A stretch of 64,000 nt of DNA from Candidatus Latescibacterota bacterium (GTDB taxonomy: Bacteria > Latescibacterota > CBDEFO01), in NCBI GenBank assembly GCA_965237525.1, contig CBDEFO010000008.1, forward strand, positions 352,001 to 416,000, in the 5' to 3' direction. Shown here in pieces: positions 10,744-20,824 of this stretch; the stretch's first letter is position 1, and every line of letters begins with the position of its first letter. A model generated the notes under the pieces. That model made no database searches, was not told the origin of the DNA, and saw only the letters and a list, made by a program, of their open reading frames with translations. A program made the translations under genes and the position numbers.

Positions 10744-11157
10744 GGCTTGTATATCCTTTTTCTCTTATTGTGATTGGTTCAGCCGAGCATAATATAAACA
10801 AATTTGCTCCGGACATCAACACAAAATTGAAGGTTTTTAGCTTATGATTGACAGGGGGGGGATTTACTCTATATATTCAGACCTTGGGAGTTTTGCTCGA
10901 TCATTTTCCGAGTTGCAGTGATAAGAGCAACAGCCACTACGACCTGAGGTAATTTAAGGAGACTGTAGATTCTCTGAAAAGCCAGGGTCTTATAGGATAG
11001 CGACCAGCTTTCAGATTTCTAACCTTGGACAGAATGGAGAATCTACAGTGGTTTTGGACTGAGAATTTTTCTATTGACATCCAACATTTTGTTTTGTATC
11101 TTCCTTCTACTATCGGTCTACACCTTTGTATCTCTCCTCAATTTTCTTTAAGGCAGA

Positions 11158-12342
11158 ATGATTCTGATGGACGAAAACGTAAAAAGGCTTAAAGGTTTGG
11201 GCCTAGAAAGAAAGCGGAATGGCGATTTCCAAGGCGCAAAAACCGCATACTATGAAGCTATAAAAATCGATCCAACCGACACCATGTTATTCTATGGATT
11301 AGCCAAAGCATGTTACCTTAGCAATGAGGGTGAAGAATCTTACAAGAATTATCTTATAGCAGCACATCTGAGTCTTCAGTATATGAAAAAACATATAGAA
11401 GCAAATACAACAACTGGTCAGGTAATTAAGTGGCAACTGGATCAAGCCCCATCCGAACTAATTGCCCCGTTAACTGTCGTCCACCCTGATGCCGTGTTGC
11501 TTCTCCTAGACCAAAACACACCCCGCCATCTAGCACACTCTTTCTATGATTTGGACTTGAATACATCTAACGAAAAGATGAACGAAGACCACAGAAAGCA
11601 AGCTGCTGAAGCCAGAGAGCGAATAAAAGAAGAATACAGACGTAAAGATAGCTTTATAACAAAAGTCGGCAGGTTTATGAGGGTTTTATCTCCTATACCA
11701 GAATCCCCCGACCTTCTCGAACATGCAAAACAATACAGAAAGATGTTATTGGGAAATCAGAACGTTGTGCTTGATGATCGGCTTGAGGATGGGGGTTTTT
11801 ACTCGGAAGGCATTAGGTTCATCCTTTATCATCTTCGATGGGAGAAATTTGACGATCCGAATCCTGCCCTGCTTTATAATCATTACTACATATCTACATA
11901 TGTACGCCAGATAGCGAAGGCAGTGGAAGAAAAAATGGGCTTCGAGGTACCATACTACGATGTGATTGACATGACAGATGCAGATGAATCTGAGTGGTTC
12001 TTCGGCTTAACCAACCCAGAGAATGTTACCAACAGAGTCTATGTTTGCTATGTTGCTATGGAGCTCGACCGTTCGGATTACTTAGTTGCACTGAAACATG
12101 GACCCCTTTCTCAAGAAGAGGGTATGAAGATTAAGGAATCTTTGGAATCTAGGACACACTGGAATATGGACGCCCGTATTGAGACGGCCATTGCGATGGA
12201 CAAGTTGCTTCGTCAGAGTGTCTCAGATGATGATTTTACAGTTTTTCTACAGGAGCTTGTGGGGACGAGTGTAGCAAACGTAGGAGCAATTATAAAAGGT
12301 GAGAAAAGATTTAGAACTTTCAAATGGGTGATTTTGGATTAG
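11158..12342 (+). CDS. hypothetical protein with N-terminal TPR
   Basis: Long AT-richer ORF; G..GDFQGAKTAYYEAIKIDP..FYGLAKACY TPR-like pattern. Confidence 0.7.
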   Translation: MILMDENVKRLKGLGLERKRNGDFQGAKTAYYEAIKIDPTDTMLFYGLAKACYLSNEGEESYKNYLIAAHLSLQYMKKHIEANTTTGQVIKWQLDQAPSELIAPLTVVHPDAVLLLLDQNTPRHLAHSFYDLDLNTSNEKMNEDHRKQAAEARERIKEEYRRKDSFITKVGRFMRVLSPIPESPDLLEHAKQYRKMLLGNQNVVLDDRLEDGGFYSEGIRFILYHLRWEKFDDPNPALLYNHYYISTYVRQIAKAVEEKMGFEVPYYDVIDMTDADESEWFFGLTNPENVTNRVYVCYVAMELDRSDYLVALKHGPLSQEEGMKIKESLESRTHWNMDARIETAIAMDKLLRQSVSDDDFTVFLQELVGTSVANVGAIIKGEKRFRTFKWVILD

Positions 12343-12493
12343 CTCACAGATGCTGAATCCGAAAGGAAAAAGCCCGTCAGAAGTGACAAGTCTTTTCCTT
12401 TGTATCGGCATTATCTTCCTGTTCCTCCCTATGTAGTAAAGATTGGTAAGGGATCAGTACTTTAAGAAGGCTTCCGTAGAGCCTTTCCAGAAT

Positions 12494-12534
12494 TTGGTCC
12501 TCGTAAATCCTTAATTTTACGGGGCCAATTTTTT
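12494..12534 (+). terminator. putative intrinsic terminator
   Basis: ttggtcctcgtaaa/tttacggggccaa stem followed by a T run. Confidence 0.45.
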
Positions 12535-12595
12535 ATAATTAAAGCTACCCAATCAAAAATCGGCAATCTAATCTTAAGTTTCCAAGGGGATCACC

Positions 12596-13383
12596 ATAAA
12601 AGTCCCTATCCTCGTCTATCACCATGTCTATCCCAACGATGTGCCACAACTGGAGCGTACATCGCAAAAGCCAGCGACTGGCGCGATCGGACAAGCGCAG
12701 TTCCGACGCCAGATGTCATATATAGCTGAAGATGGATGGAAGGTTGTTTCCACCACTCGTATTTTGGATTGGCTACTTGATGATGTGTCACTTCCTGAAC
12801 GATCAGTTGCCCTGCACTTCGACAACGGCTGGCTCGACACACGAACAGCAGCGATGCCGATCCTTCAGGAGTTCGGCATGACTGGAACTTGTTATTTGAT
12901 CACCGAAGCGATCAACGCGTCCTCTGAGGGAAAATCCTCAACAATTCGTACGCAGACAGAAGGCCTAATCGAAAAGCCTTTTATGACGTGGGATCATGCG
13001 GAGGAACTGATTGGGGCAGGATGGGAAATCGGTGCACATACAGCTACTCACTCTAAGCTTGCAGATAAGCTTCCGAAGAGAGAGACAAGGGCGTAATCTG
13101 GGAGGTGGAAAGCTCCAATAGTGTCTTTGCCGAGCGCCTGGGCTTTGTGCCCGCACATTTTGCCTACCCCAGCGGCTCGCGCAACGAAAGGACGGATGAA
13201 CTGTTAGCTCCGTACTACCGTTCACTGCGTCTGTGGCATTACAACTATCCCATTGTGTGGAGATTTACCGATCGCAACACCTCCCGACTAGCTCTGGACT
13301 GTCAAAATGTCGACAATACCGTCCCCTTTGAGGACTTTGTGCGCATCTTCAATGAGGCGTTGAACGTTGATCTCAATCCATAA
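12596..13383 (+). pseudogene. polysaccharide deacetylase, frameshifted
   Basis: KVPILVYHHV, LHFDNG, WEIGAHTATH, HFAYPSG. Frameshift near 13070; apparent start is ATA at 12596 after aagggga. Confidence 0.8.
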
Positions 13384-14113
13384 GCATCCCTCCGTTGACG
13401 TCCAGGATCTCGCCTGTGATGAATTTGGCTTTATCAGACGCTAAAAAGACCACAGCTTGGGCTATGTCCTCAGCCTCGCCGAATCTTCCGAGCGGTATGC
13501 CCTTTATGATAAATTCCCTCTGCTCCTTCGTGGTGACGTCGTGAAAGGGAGTGTTGATAGGGCCGGGGCAGATGGCGTTGACCGTCACCTGGTATGGAGC
13601 CAGCATCTTGGCAAAGTTCTTGGTGACGCAGATCACACCAGCTTTCGAGACGGAGTAGTTCATTCCTGTATATATGCCTCCTATTTTGCCCACAACGGAC
13701 GATATATTTACGATCCTTCCGTATCTCTGCTCCTGCATCTTCTTCATCACCGCCCAACAGCCCGTGAAGACCCCCCACAGTTGGATGTCGAAGACCCTAT
13801 CCCATTCTTGCTTAGTCATATCCTCCACAGAGGTGGTACAGTTAAGTCCTGCGTTGTTGACAAGTATATCCACCCTGCCGAATCTGTCCAGAGTCACCTC
13901 CACCATCTTTTGGACGTCGTTCTCGTCGGCGACGTTTGCCTTAACGCAGAGCGTCTCTCCATCCTTGGCTTTGATTTCTTCTGCTACTTCCTCCGCTTTT
14001 TCCAGATTCAGGTCGGCCAGGATGACAGAGGCCCCTTCATCTGCTAAAGCCTGTGTTGTGGCTTTGCCTATACCTGAGGCAGCTCCTGTGACAATAGCTA
14101 TTCTGTCCTTCAT
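13373..14113 (-). CDS. SDR oxidoreductase (FabG-like)
   Basis: TGAASGIG, LVNNAG, NISS, YSVSK, VNAICPG. Start moved to MKDR at 14113. Confidence 0.92.
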   Translation of the reverse strand: MKDRIAIVTGAASGIGKATTQALADEGASVILADLNLEKAEEVAEEIKAKDGETLCVKANVADENDVQKMVEVTLDRFGRVDILVNNAGLNCTTSVEDMTKQEWDRVFDIQLWGVFTGCWAVMKKMQEQRYGRIVNISSVVGKIGGIYTGMNYSVSKAGVICVTKNFAKMLAPYQVTVNAICPGPINTPFHDVTTKEQREFIIKGIPLGRFGEAEDIAQAVVFLASDKAKFITGEILDVNGGMLMD

Positions 14114-14436
14114 TTTTTCACCCCCGATTCTTAATTCCCATTTCCCTACATACCGTTTCCGATTTTCCAGAGGCAGCGAAACCGCCTCCGCTGTGGCGGC
14201 GTATTCTGAAAAAAAGTAGATGACCATCTCCTGACTGGGACAGGGGCGGTTGAGATCGCCCAACGTGTCAGAGTCTGCCCTAAAGTAGCAAATTCTTCGA
14301 CCGCAGTCAATAAAAAAGCCAAATCCGGGCAAAGAGCGAAAACTCCTTGCCTTTTAGACTCGATTTAGCTATACTTTAGTAATTATATAGAAAGACGAGT
14401 CTCAGCTTCAACTTCAATTTTGGAGGGTTTATTCCT

Positions 14437-15273
14437 GTGTCCACAACGAATTTCCTATGTCGAGTATGTCTCACCCTCATCGTCCTGTCTTCTGGATGCA
14501 CCAGCGTGTCCAAGATGAAGCAGCAGTACGATTCCGGAGACGAGTCTAAGTTCCACGATCTGGTCAGGATAGTGGGCGATTACACATATCCTTACTCCAC
14601 CAGGAAGAAGGCGGCAAGAGCCCTTGGCCAGATAGGCGATAAGAGAGCTGTCCCAGCGCTGGTAAGGGCTCTCGTCAGCGACGCCGACGGCAGAGACGGT
14701 CTTGAGAAGGAGGCCATAATAGCCTTGGGGAAGATAAAGGACAGTTCCGTAGTTCCCGCGCTGGCGGCGGCTTTGACTACGAAGGAGGAACTCACGATAG
14801 ACGCTACACGGGCCTTGGGGGAGATAGGCGGCCCCAGATCGGTAGAAGTCCTTGTAAACATGATCAAGTTCTACACCAGCATTGAGGAAAGGATGCATCT
14901 TAAGGCTCGGTTCCGGGACCCCACAGGTGTGCTGGAAGATGAAGATTCCCCTTACAGTTCAGAAGCCAAAGAGGATAAATCCGATCTCCCGACGGATATA
15001 TCCGTCGGCAAGAGGGACAGGCGCCCCATAGCGCCGGGGGGCTTTTTCGGAGGTCCTAGACCCTTGCGTATCGAGGAGAAAGATGAAGCTGGCAAGTTAG
15101 CCGAGCAGATGGAGGAGACGGTAGCGGCAATGGTAAAAATAGGAGATGAAGCCCTTCCCGTTCTGACAGAAGTGCTCGACACTCTCAAGCCCGGGGAAGA
15201 GAGATTAGGAGCCCATATAGCCGACATAATAAGCAGCATAACTGAAAATAGAGAGAATATCCAACAAAGGTGA
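14437..15273 (+). CDS. HEAT-repeat lipoprotein
   Basis: Lipobox-like LSSGC; repeated AARALGQIGD/AIIALGKIKD/ATRALGEIG. Confidence 0.8.
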   Translation: MSTTNFLCRVCLTLIVLSSGCTSVSKMKQQYDSGDESKFHDLVRIVGDYTYPYSTRKKAARALGQIGDKRAVPALVRALVSDADGRDGLEKEAIIALGKIKDSSVVPALAAALTTKEELTIDATRALGEIGGPRSVEVLVNMIKFYTSIEERMHLKARFRDPTGVLEDEDSPYSSEAKEDKSDLPTDISVGKRDRRPIAPGGFFGGPRPLRIEEKDEAGKLAEQMEETVAAMVKIGDEALPVLTEVLDTLKPGEERLGAHIADIISSITENRENIQQR

Positions 15274-15274
15274 G

Positions 15275-17032
15275 TTAAGCCTTTTTATCTTCAGCTGATG
15301 CTATCAACCGTGGCGCCACAAAGAGGGTCTTTTCTCGCTGTATCAGGACAAGGCCGGGTTCTCCTCCTTTTGGTTTATTGACATATTTGACGAGTGTATA
15401 ATCTACGGGAACTGTCTTCGAGCCCTTAGCCTTGCTCCAAAATGCTGCGAGTGCTGCTGCTTCTTCCAGGGTCCTGCGGCTCGGTTCGTCTGACTTTATC
15501 TTCTTCTGGAGTATCACGTGCGAGCCCGGATAGCCTCTGGCGTGCAGCCATATATCGTCCCTTGACGCCTTTTTATGCGTTAGGATATCGTTTTCTTTAT
15601 TGCTACGGCCAACCAGTACCGTCCATCCGTCGGAGGTCACGTACCTTCTGGGGCTTATCTTTGACGGGTCGTGGACTTTTTGCTTCTTATCGTCCTTCTT
15701 TTTAAGGAGTCCTTCGGAAATCAGCTTGTCTTTGAGGTATTCTAATTTCCTCAAATCTTGAGCTGAGAGGAGGATTGAGCGATAGTTTTTTAGAGTCGAA
15801 AGCTGGCTCTTTGTAGCTTCAGTCCGACGATAGACGATTCTTCGGCTTGCTTTGGCTTTTCGGTACATCTTGAAGTATTCCTGGGCATTCTGGACGGCGG
15901 AGAGCCCAGGGTCGAGGTCGATTGAGATTTTGGCTCCCTTTGGATCATAGACATCTTCAAGTTCTACGGACTCAGACCTTTTGGGAATTCTGTGGATATT
16001 GGACAGGAGTATATTGCCTTTTTTTAGAGGAATTTCGGCCTCTTCGGCCCTTTGGAGGTCTCCTTTGAGGAGCTCAAGCCTCCTTTCGAGAGGGTTTATC
16101 TTCTGATCCAGGGTTGATCTCAACTCGATCTTGAGCCGATTTACCCGTTCTGACTCAACTTTGTGTCCAAAGACGGTCTCTATAGCTTCGCTGATGGGTA
16201 AAGGGCGGGATTTTCGACTATGCTCTATAAAAGATAGATCCACCGAGGAAAAATCAAGCGGCTTGCCGTCGTGGTCTAGTATAACAAAGGCGTCCTTAGA
16301 ATCGGGGTTCTCCCATTCGGAATAGAGTTCAAGGGCGGATTGCCATAAAGAATCTATCTTCTGGTCGCCCACCTGTCCGAGGCGCATCGAACTTTCGAGT
16401 CCGGCTCTAAGGCATATCTCTTCGGATACGAGGCGGCTTAATCCCGTCAGTGTCTTGGAAAGGGCGTGCGTTAGCTTGTCTTCCGAAAGAGAATCGAGAC
16501 GTTCCTTGAATTGAAGGTGATCTGCATCCAGTGGAAATAGTCTGTCCTGAGGAGGCGGTGGACTGTAAGGAAGACCGGGCAATATCTGTCTGAGCCTGCT
16601 CATTGTGGAGGTGACCCTTCGTACGCAACCGACTATCCGTCCGCTCGATTCGTCTATGGCTATTGTGTTGCTGTTTCTACCCGAAAGTTCGAAGATTAGA
16701 CGGGACTTTATATCGCCTTCTACTTCGTCCTCCTTCTCAAGATGGATGGAGATAATACGGTCGGTGCGGTCGGGCCGGACGTCTTTAACGAACGATCCAG
16801 AGAGGTACTGTGAGGCCCAGTCAGAAGGGGAACCTCCTTTGCCCGGTCTTTCCGATGAGATCAGCATCCGGGCCAGATGCGGTGAGGCCGAGACCAAGAC
16901 CCAGTCTCTCTTGTCGACCTCCAGCCAGAGATCGTATTCTCCAGAAAGGCGCACAGAGGTAATTTGACCTCCTTTCAACCTGTCTTTGAGTTCTTTAGAT
17001 AAGGCTCTGATTGTGAAATAGTCAAATGGCAT
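15275..17032 (-). CDS. rqcH: NFACT/FbpA family ribosome quality control protein
   Basis: MPFD, DRII, ELSGRNSN, NAQEYFKMYRKAK, VGRSNKEND, WLHARGYPGSHV. Confidence 0.9.
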   Translation of the reverse strand: MPFDYFTIRALSKELKDRLKGGQITSVRLSGEYDLWLEVDKRDWVLVSASPHLARMLISSERPGKGGSPSDWASQYLSGSFVKDVRPDRTDRIISIHLEKEDEVEGDIKSRLIFELSGRNSNTIAIDESSGRIVGCVRRVTSTMSRLRQILPGLPYSPPPPQDRLFPLDADHLQFKERLDSLSEDKLTHALSKTLTGLSRLVSEEICLRAGLESSMRLGQVGDQKIDSLWQSALELYSEWENPDSKDAFVILDHDGKPLDFSSVDLSFIEHSRKSRPLPISEAIETVFGHKVESERVNRLKIELRSTLDQKINPLERRLELLKGDLQRAEEAEIPLKKGNILLSNIHRIPKRSESVELEDVYDPKGAKISIDLDPGLSAVQNAQEYFKMYRKAKASRRIVYRRTEATKSQLSTLKNYRSILLSAQDLRKLEYLKDKLISEGLLKKKDDKKQKVHDPSKISPRRYVTSDGWTVLVGRSNKENDILTHKKASRDDIWLHARGYPGSHVILQKKIKSDEPSRRTLEEAAALAAFWSKAKGSKTVPVDYTLVKYVNKPKGGEPGLVLIQREKTLFVAPRLIASAEDKKA

Positions 17033-17181
17033 TTCAAAGTGGTGAAACTATGAATCACAAACGCAGTGAGATTATAGGTGGTTGCCTTAGTTTCGTTAAG
17101 AAAAGATAACATCGTTAGGTACATCTGTCAAGCTGGGAAGGCGATCATCTCTGACCGCTGATTGGACTGCTGAAATTAAAT

Positions 17182-17670
17182 ATGGAAGCAATGTTAAGTT
17201 TTGCGGAATCTTATCTGGGTCAACTTCGAAAGTTAGTCGGTAATCGGAAGTTAATCCACCCAGCCATAAGGGCCATTATTCAAGATAAGCAAGGACGAGT
17301 TCTATTCGTGCTCCGAAGAGATAATGACGCGTGGGTGATGCCAGCAGGCTGTATGGAACTCGATGAGTCTGCCTTTGATTGTCTTAAACGAGAAGTTAAA
17401 GAAGAAACTGGGCTCGAGACAATATCTGCTACTCCAATCGCTATTTACTCTGAGCCAAGGTTTTCATTTACCAATGAATACGGCGCTGAGCATCAAATGT
17501 TTGCCATTGTCTTTAGGGTAGATGAATGGAGCGGCTTGCTGGTGTCCGAGACGGATGAGACGGTAGATGCACGCTTCTTTTCCGTAAATGAACTACCTGA
17601 TATTCCGGACCTATATCGGGAAACGTTGGAAGATCTAAAGAACTTTGATAGCCGATTGATTCTGAAGTGA
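17182..17670 (+). CDS. NUDIX hydrolase
   Basis: Nudix box GCMELDESAFDCLKREVKEETGL. Confidence 0.9.
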   Translation: MEAMLSFAESYLGQLRKLVGNRKLIHPAIRAIIQDKQGRVLFVLRRDNDAWVMPAGCMELDESAFDCLKREVKEETGLETISATPIAIYSEPRFSFTNEYGAEHQMFAIVFRVDEWSGLLVSETDETVDARFFSVNELPDIPDLYRETLEDLKNFDSRLILK

Positions 17671-17796
17671 TGCGACTTCAGGATGTTGCGATGCTGCTGG
17701 CAAGCGGACAGTCACGTAAGGAGTGAGGAACGTCCGCTGCGACGCAACGATTTTTACGAGCGCAACACTCTATTCTGACGCAAAGGAGGTGCTCCC

Positions 17797-18954
17797 ATGG
17801 GAATGTTTGTCGGCAGAGGCAGAAAAGCCAGAAGGTGCTACGGCTTTGATGAAATATCTTTGGTGCCTGGGGATATCACCATCAATCCGAACGACGTGGA
17901 TCCATCGTGGGAACTGTTCGGCAGGAGCTTCGAAGTCCCCATAATAGCGGCGGCGATGGATGGGGTCGTAGATGTCAACTTCGCCATCCAGATGGGGCGT
18001 CTGGGAGGCCTGGCTGTTTTGAACTTAGAGGGGGTTCAGACAAGATATGAAGACCCCAAGCCCATTTTCGAGGAAATAGCACAGGCCAGCTATAAGGAGG
18101 CCACAGCACTGGTTCAGGATATCTATAAGGAGCCGATCAAGGAGGAACTCGTCTTCAAAAGGATACGTCAGATCAAAGAGGCGGGAGTCCCGGCCGTAGT
18201 CTCTTCGATCCCTCAAAGAGCTGAAAGATTCGGGAAGATAGCACAAGAGGCCGAGGTGGACATCTTCGTGGTTCAGTCCACGGTAACTACGGCAAGGCAT
18301 ATTTCTACTGAGTACGAGACGCTCGATCTTGAGAAATTCTGCAATACTATGAGCGCCCCGGTCATCACTGGGAACTGCGTGACCCATAGTACGGCTTTGG
18401 AGCTTATGCGCACCGGCGTTGATGCTCTCCTGGTAGGGATCGGACCGGGGGCGGCCTGCACGAGCAGAGCCGTACTGGGAATCGGGGTCCCTCAGGTTAC
18501 GGCTATCATAGACTGCGCCTGGGCTCGGGATTTCTACTACAAACAGACGGCCAGGTACGTTCCGATCATCGCAGACGGCGGCATGAGTGCAGGAGGGGAT
18601 ATCTGCAAAGCCTTAGCCTGCGGAGCAGACGCGGTGATGGTCGGCTCTGCCTTTGCAAAGGCTAAGGAGTCTCCGGGGAAGGGTTACCACTGGGGTATGG
18701 CGACCCCCCATGCCAATCTCCCCAGAGGCACCAGGATACACGTAGGAGTGACCGGAAGCCTTGAGCAAATAATCTACGGTCCGGCTGTCCTGGACGACGG
18801 ATCTCAGAACCTGATGGGGGCCATAAGGACTTCGATGGGGAGTCTGGGATCCCGTAACATCACAGAGATGCAGCTTGTGGAGATCATCATAGCCCCTGCT
18901 ATAACTACAGAAGGCAAGGTCTTCCAGAACGCCCGGTTAGGCAGTAGTCAATAG
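17797..18954 (+). CDS. guaB3: GuaB3-family IMP dehydrogenase-related protein
   Basis: YGFDEISLVPG, GIGPGAACTSR, IIADGG, HWGMA. Confidence 0.9.
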   Translation: MGMFVGRGRKARRCYGFDEISLVPGDITINPNDVDPSWELFGRSFEVPIIAAAMDGVVDVNFAIQMGRLGGLAVLNLEGVQTRYEDPKPIFEEIAQASYKEATALVQDIYKEPIKEELVFKRIRQIKEAGVPAVVSSIPQRAERFGKIAQEAEVDIFVVQSTVTTARHISTEYETLDLEKFCNTMSAPVITGNCVTHSTALELMRTGVDALLVGIGPGAACTSRAVLGIGVPQVTAIIDCAWARDFYYKQTARYVPIIADGGMSAGGDICKALACGADAVMVGSAFAKAKESPGKGYHWGMATPHANLPRGTRIHVGVTGSLEQIIYGPAVLDDGSQNLMGAIRTSMGSLGSRNITEMQLVEIIIAPAITTEGKVFQNARLGSSQ

Positions 18955-18962
18955 CGGTTGAA

Positions 18963-20250
18963 TATCAAATGAAATCGGTGCACCTAATTTGATCTTTGTT
19001 TAGAGTATTAGTAGATTAAGTTGAGTTGATTGTCTTAACTTTAATCTACGGAGTCCTATGGACAAAGAGAGATTGGCCGTATTAAGACAAGAAGTCAACG
19101 AGATGTATTTTAAGAAAGAAATGTCAAAGCGAGAAGTTATCAAACAAGCGAGAGTTTCCAATGATTTCGTTACGGCTTGGACTAAATCTCCGGATCAGGA
19201 TTTTGCCATGGATAATCGGGGTTGGCCAAAAGGAAAAAGGCGAAAATTGGCTAAAGTTGACGAACAGAGAATCAAAGAGATTTACCATAGCTTAGAGGAC
19301 GATCCTTATCAGTTCTATTCAGGAGCCACTGTTATTGAACAAGAATGGAGGAATCGATATTCTAGCACCTCTCCTCCGTCGTTGCCGACTATCGGCAGAA
19401 TGCTTTCAGATTTAGGACTTTCCCAGAGAAGGAAGAAAGGTAAAAACAAGGGTGCATCTCGTTATCTTTGTTATCCAGAGTATACCATTTACTATCTTTC
19501 AGGAGGCAGAGTCCTAGAATCAGACTTTATTGGTAAAAAGTATCTTACCGGCAGAACTGAGCCGGTCAACTTCGTTGGATTTTCCTTTAAGAAAGAGCCT
19601 AAGTTAAGGTATTTTCGGCGGGTTGACGGTCAAACAGCAACTAACTTTATCGAGAAGTGTCAGTCTTTCTTTGACAGGTTTGAAAAACCAGATTTCGTTA
19701 AGGTGGACAATTGCTCGGCGACTATTGGCAGTGTTTCAGGTAAAAGGAATGTCAGCAAAGCAATGCAGTTTCTCTTGAAAAATCAAGTGATTCCGATATT
19801 TGCCGTTCCCAGAAGGCCCTTTTCTCAAGCATCTATAGAAGGCAACAATTCTGTATTTTCAAGGAAGTTCTGGAACAGAATTCAGTTCAAAAGCTTACAA
19901 GAAGTTGATCAGAAGTTAGAATGGTTTAATCTTTCATCACAGAGATACACCGGCTACCGTCCACCTAAGCAAGAGAAGTCAAACGAGAAAGATTTCATTC
20001 CCAAGACCTATTTTATCAGACAAGTCAAACAGGACACAGAACAGACAGATAAAGCCTTTATCGATGTCCTAAATGAGAAAGTATCTCTTCCCTCCTCTTA
20101 CACCAACTACTTTGTCCTGGCTGAATGGAACCTAAAAGAAGAACAATTATACATCCATTTTGAAAAAGAACAGAAACCAAAGATTGTCGAAAACCTATCA
20201 TTCAAGATCAATCAAAGATCGAAAGAGAAGTGCACCGATTTCATTTGATA
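18963..20250 (+). mobile_element. insertion sequence with 21-bp perfect IRs, family uncertain
   Basis: TATCAAATGAAATCGGTGCAC at 18963-18983 and its reverse complement at 20230-20250; AT-richer than flanks. Confidence 0.88.
19058..20248 (+). CDS. putative DDE transposase (integrase-core type)
   Basis: Fills the IR-bounded unit; N-terminal HTH, candidate triad ESDFIG / KVDN / SIEGNN; stop lies inside the right IR. Confidence 0.8.
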   Translation: MDKERLAVLRQEVNEMYFKKEMSKREVIKQARVSNDFVTAWTKSPDQDFAMDNRGWPKGKRRKLAKVDEQRIKEIYHSLEDDPYQFYSGATVIEQEWRNRYSSTSPPSLPTIGRMLSDLGLSQRRKKGKNKGASRYLCYPEYTIYYLSGGRVLESDFIGKKYLTGRTEPVNFVGFSFKKEPKLRYFRRVDGQTATNFIEKCQSFFDRFEKPDFVKVDNCSATIGSVSGKRNVSKAMQFLLKNQVIPIFAVPRRPFSQASIEGNNSVFSRKFWNRIQFKSLQEVDQKLEWFNLSSQRYTGYRPPKQEKSNEKDFIPKTYFIRQVKQDTEQTDKAFIDVLNEKVSLPSSYTNYFVLAEWNLKEEQLYIHFEKEQKPKIVENLSFKINQRSKEKCTDFI

Positions 20251-20281
20251 AATAACCAGTAGACAGTAGTCAGTAGACAGG

Positions 20282-20304
20282 TCCCCGATAGATTCAATCG
20301 GGGA
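20282..20304. repeat. 23-bp dispersed palindrome (consensus copy)
   Basis: tccccgatagattcaatcgggga. Confidence 0.85.
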
Positions 20305-20396
20305 TTCCATCAGAGTGCCACGGGAACCGTGTCCCCCTGTCTGTCCACTTAAGGAAAGCTCTCAAGAGTGCGTTACCCAGGGGACCGAGGAGCAAA

Positions 20397-20822
20397 ATGG
20401 CCCTAAATGGCAATATGTCTGAGCCCATAAAGTCCTGGATCACACAGTTGTGGGTTAAAGACTTCTCTATCTGTCTGTTATTGATCCTCCTTTTGGTAGT
20501 CCTCCTTATACCAAAATTTACTCAGATTAGCCAGGAGGAGAGAAGGTTCGGCAGAGCAAAGACGGTCTTAGAGCAGATATACGGTCTTGAGCGTAAATTC
20601 TACAAAGATCATCATCACTATAAAGATAACCTCGATTCACTCAATTTCATTCATCCTGGTGATTCCTATATCTACAGTATAACGGTAGCAAGCGATACCT
20701 TCTTTATCGCTACCTCGTTTCCCAAAGAAGGGCATGAGGACAGTTGGGGGATATGGGCGGTGGATCAGACAGGGAAGGTGATACAGATCCTACATCCGCC
20801 TAAATTACCAAGAGGAAATTAA
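20397..20822 (+). CDS. type IV pilin-like protein
   Basis: Hydrophobic helix then IPKF..AKTVLEQIYGLERKFY..W.VDQTG; no canonical GFTLIE cleavage motif. Confidence 0.55.
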   Translation: MALNGNMSEPIKSWITQLWVKDFSICLLLILLLVVLLIPKFTQISQEERRFGRAKTVLEQIYGLERKFYKDHHHYKDNLDSLNFIHPGDSYIYSITVASDTFFIATSFPKEGHEDSWGIWAVDQTGKVIQILHPPKLPRGN

Positions 20823-20824
20823 CC

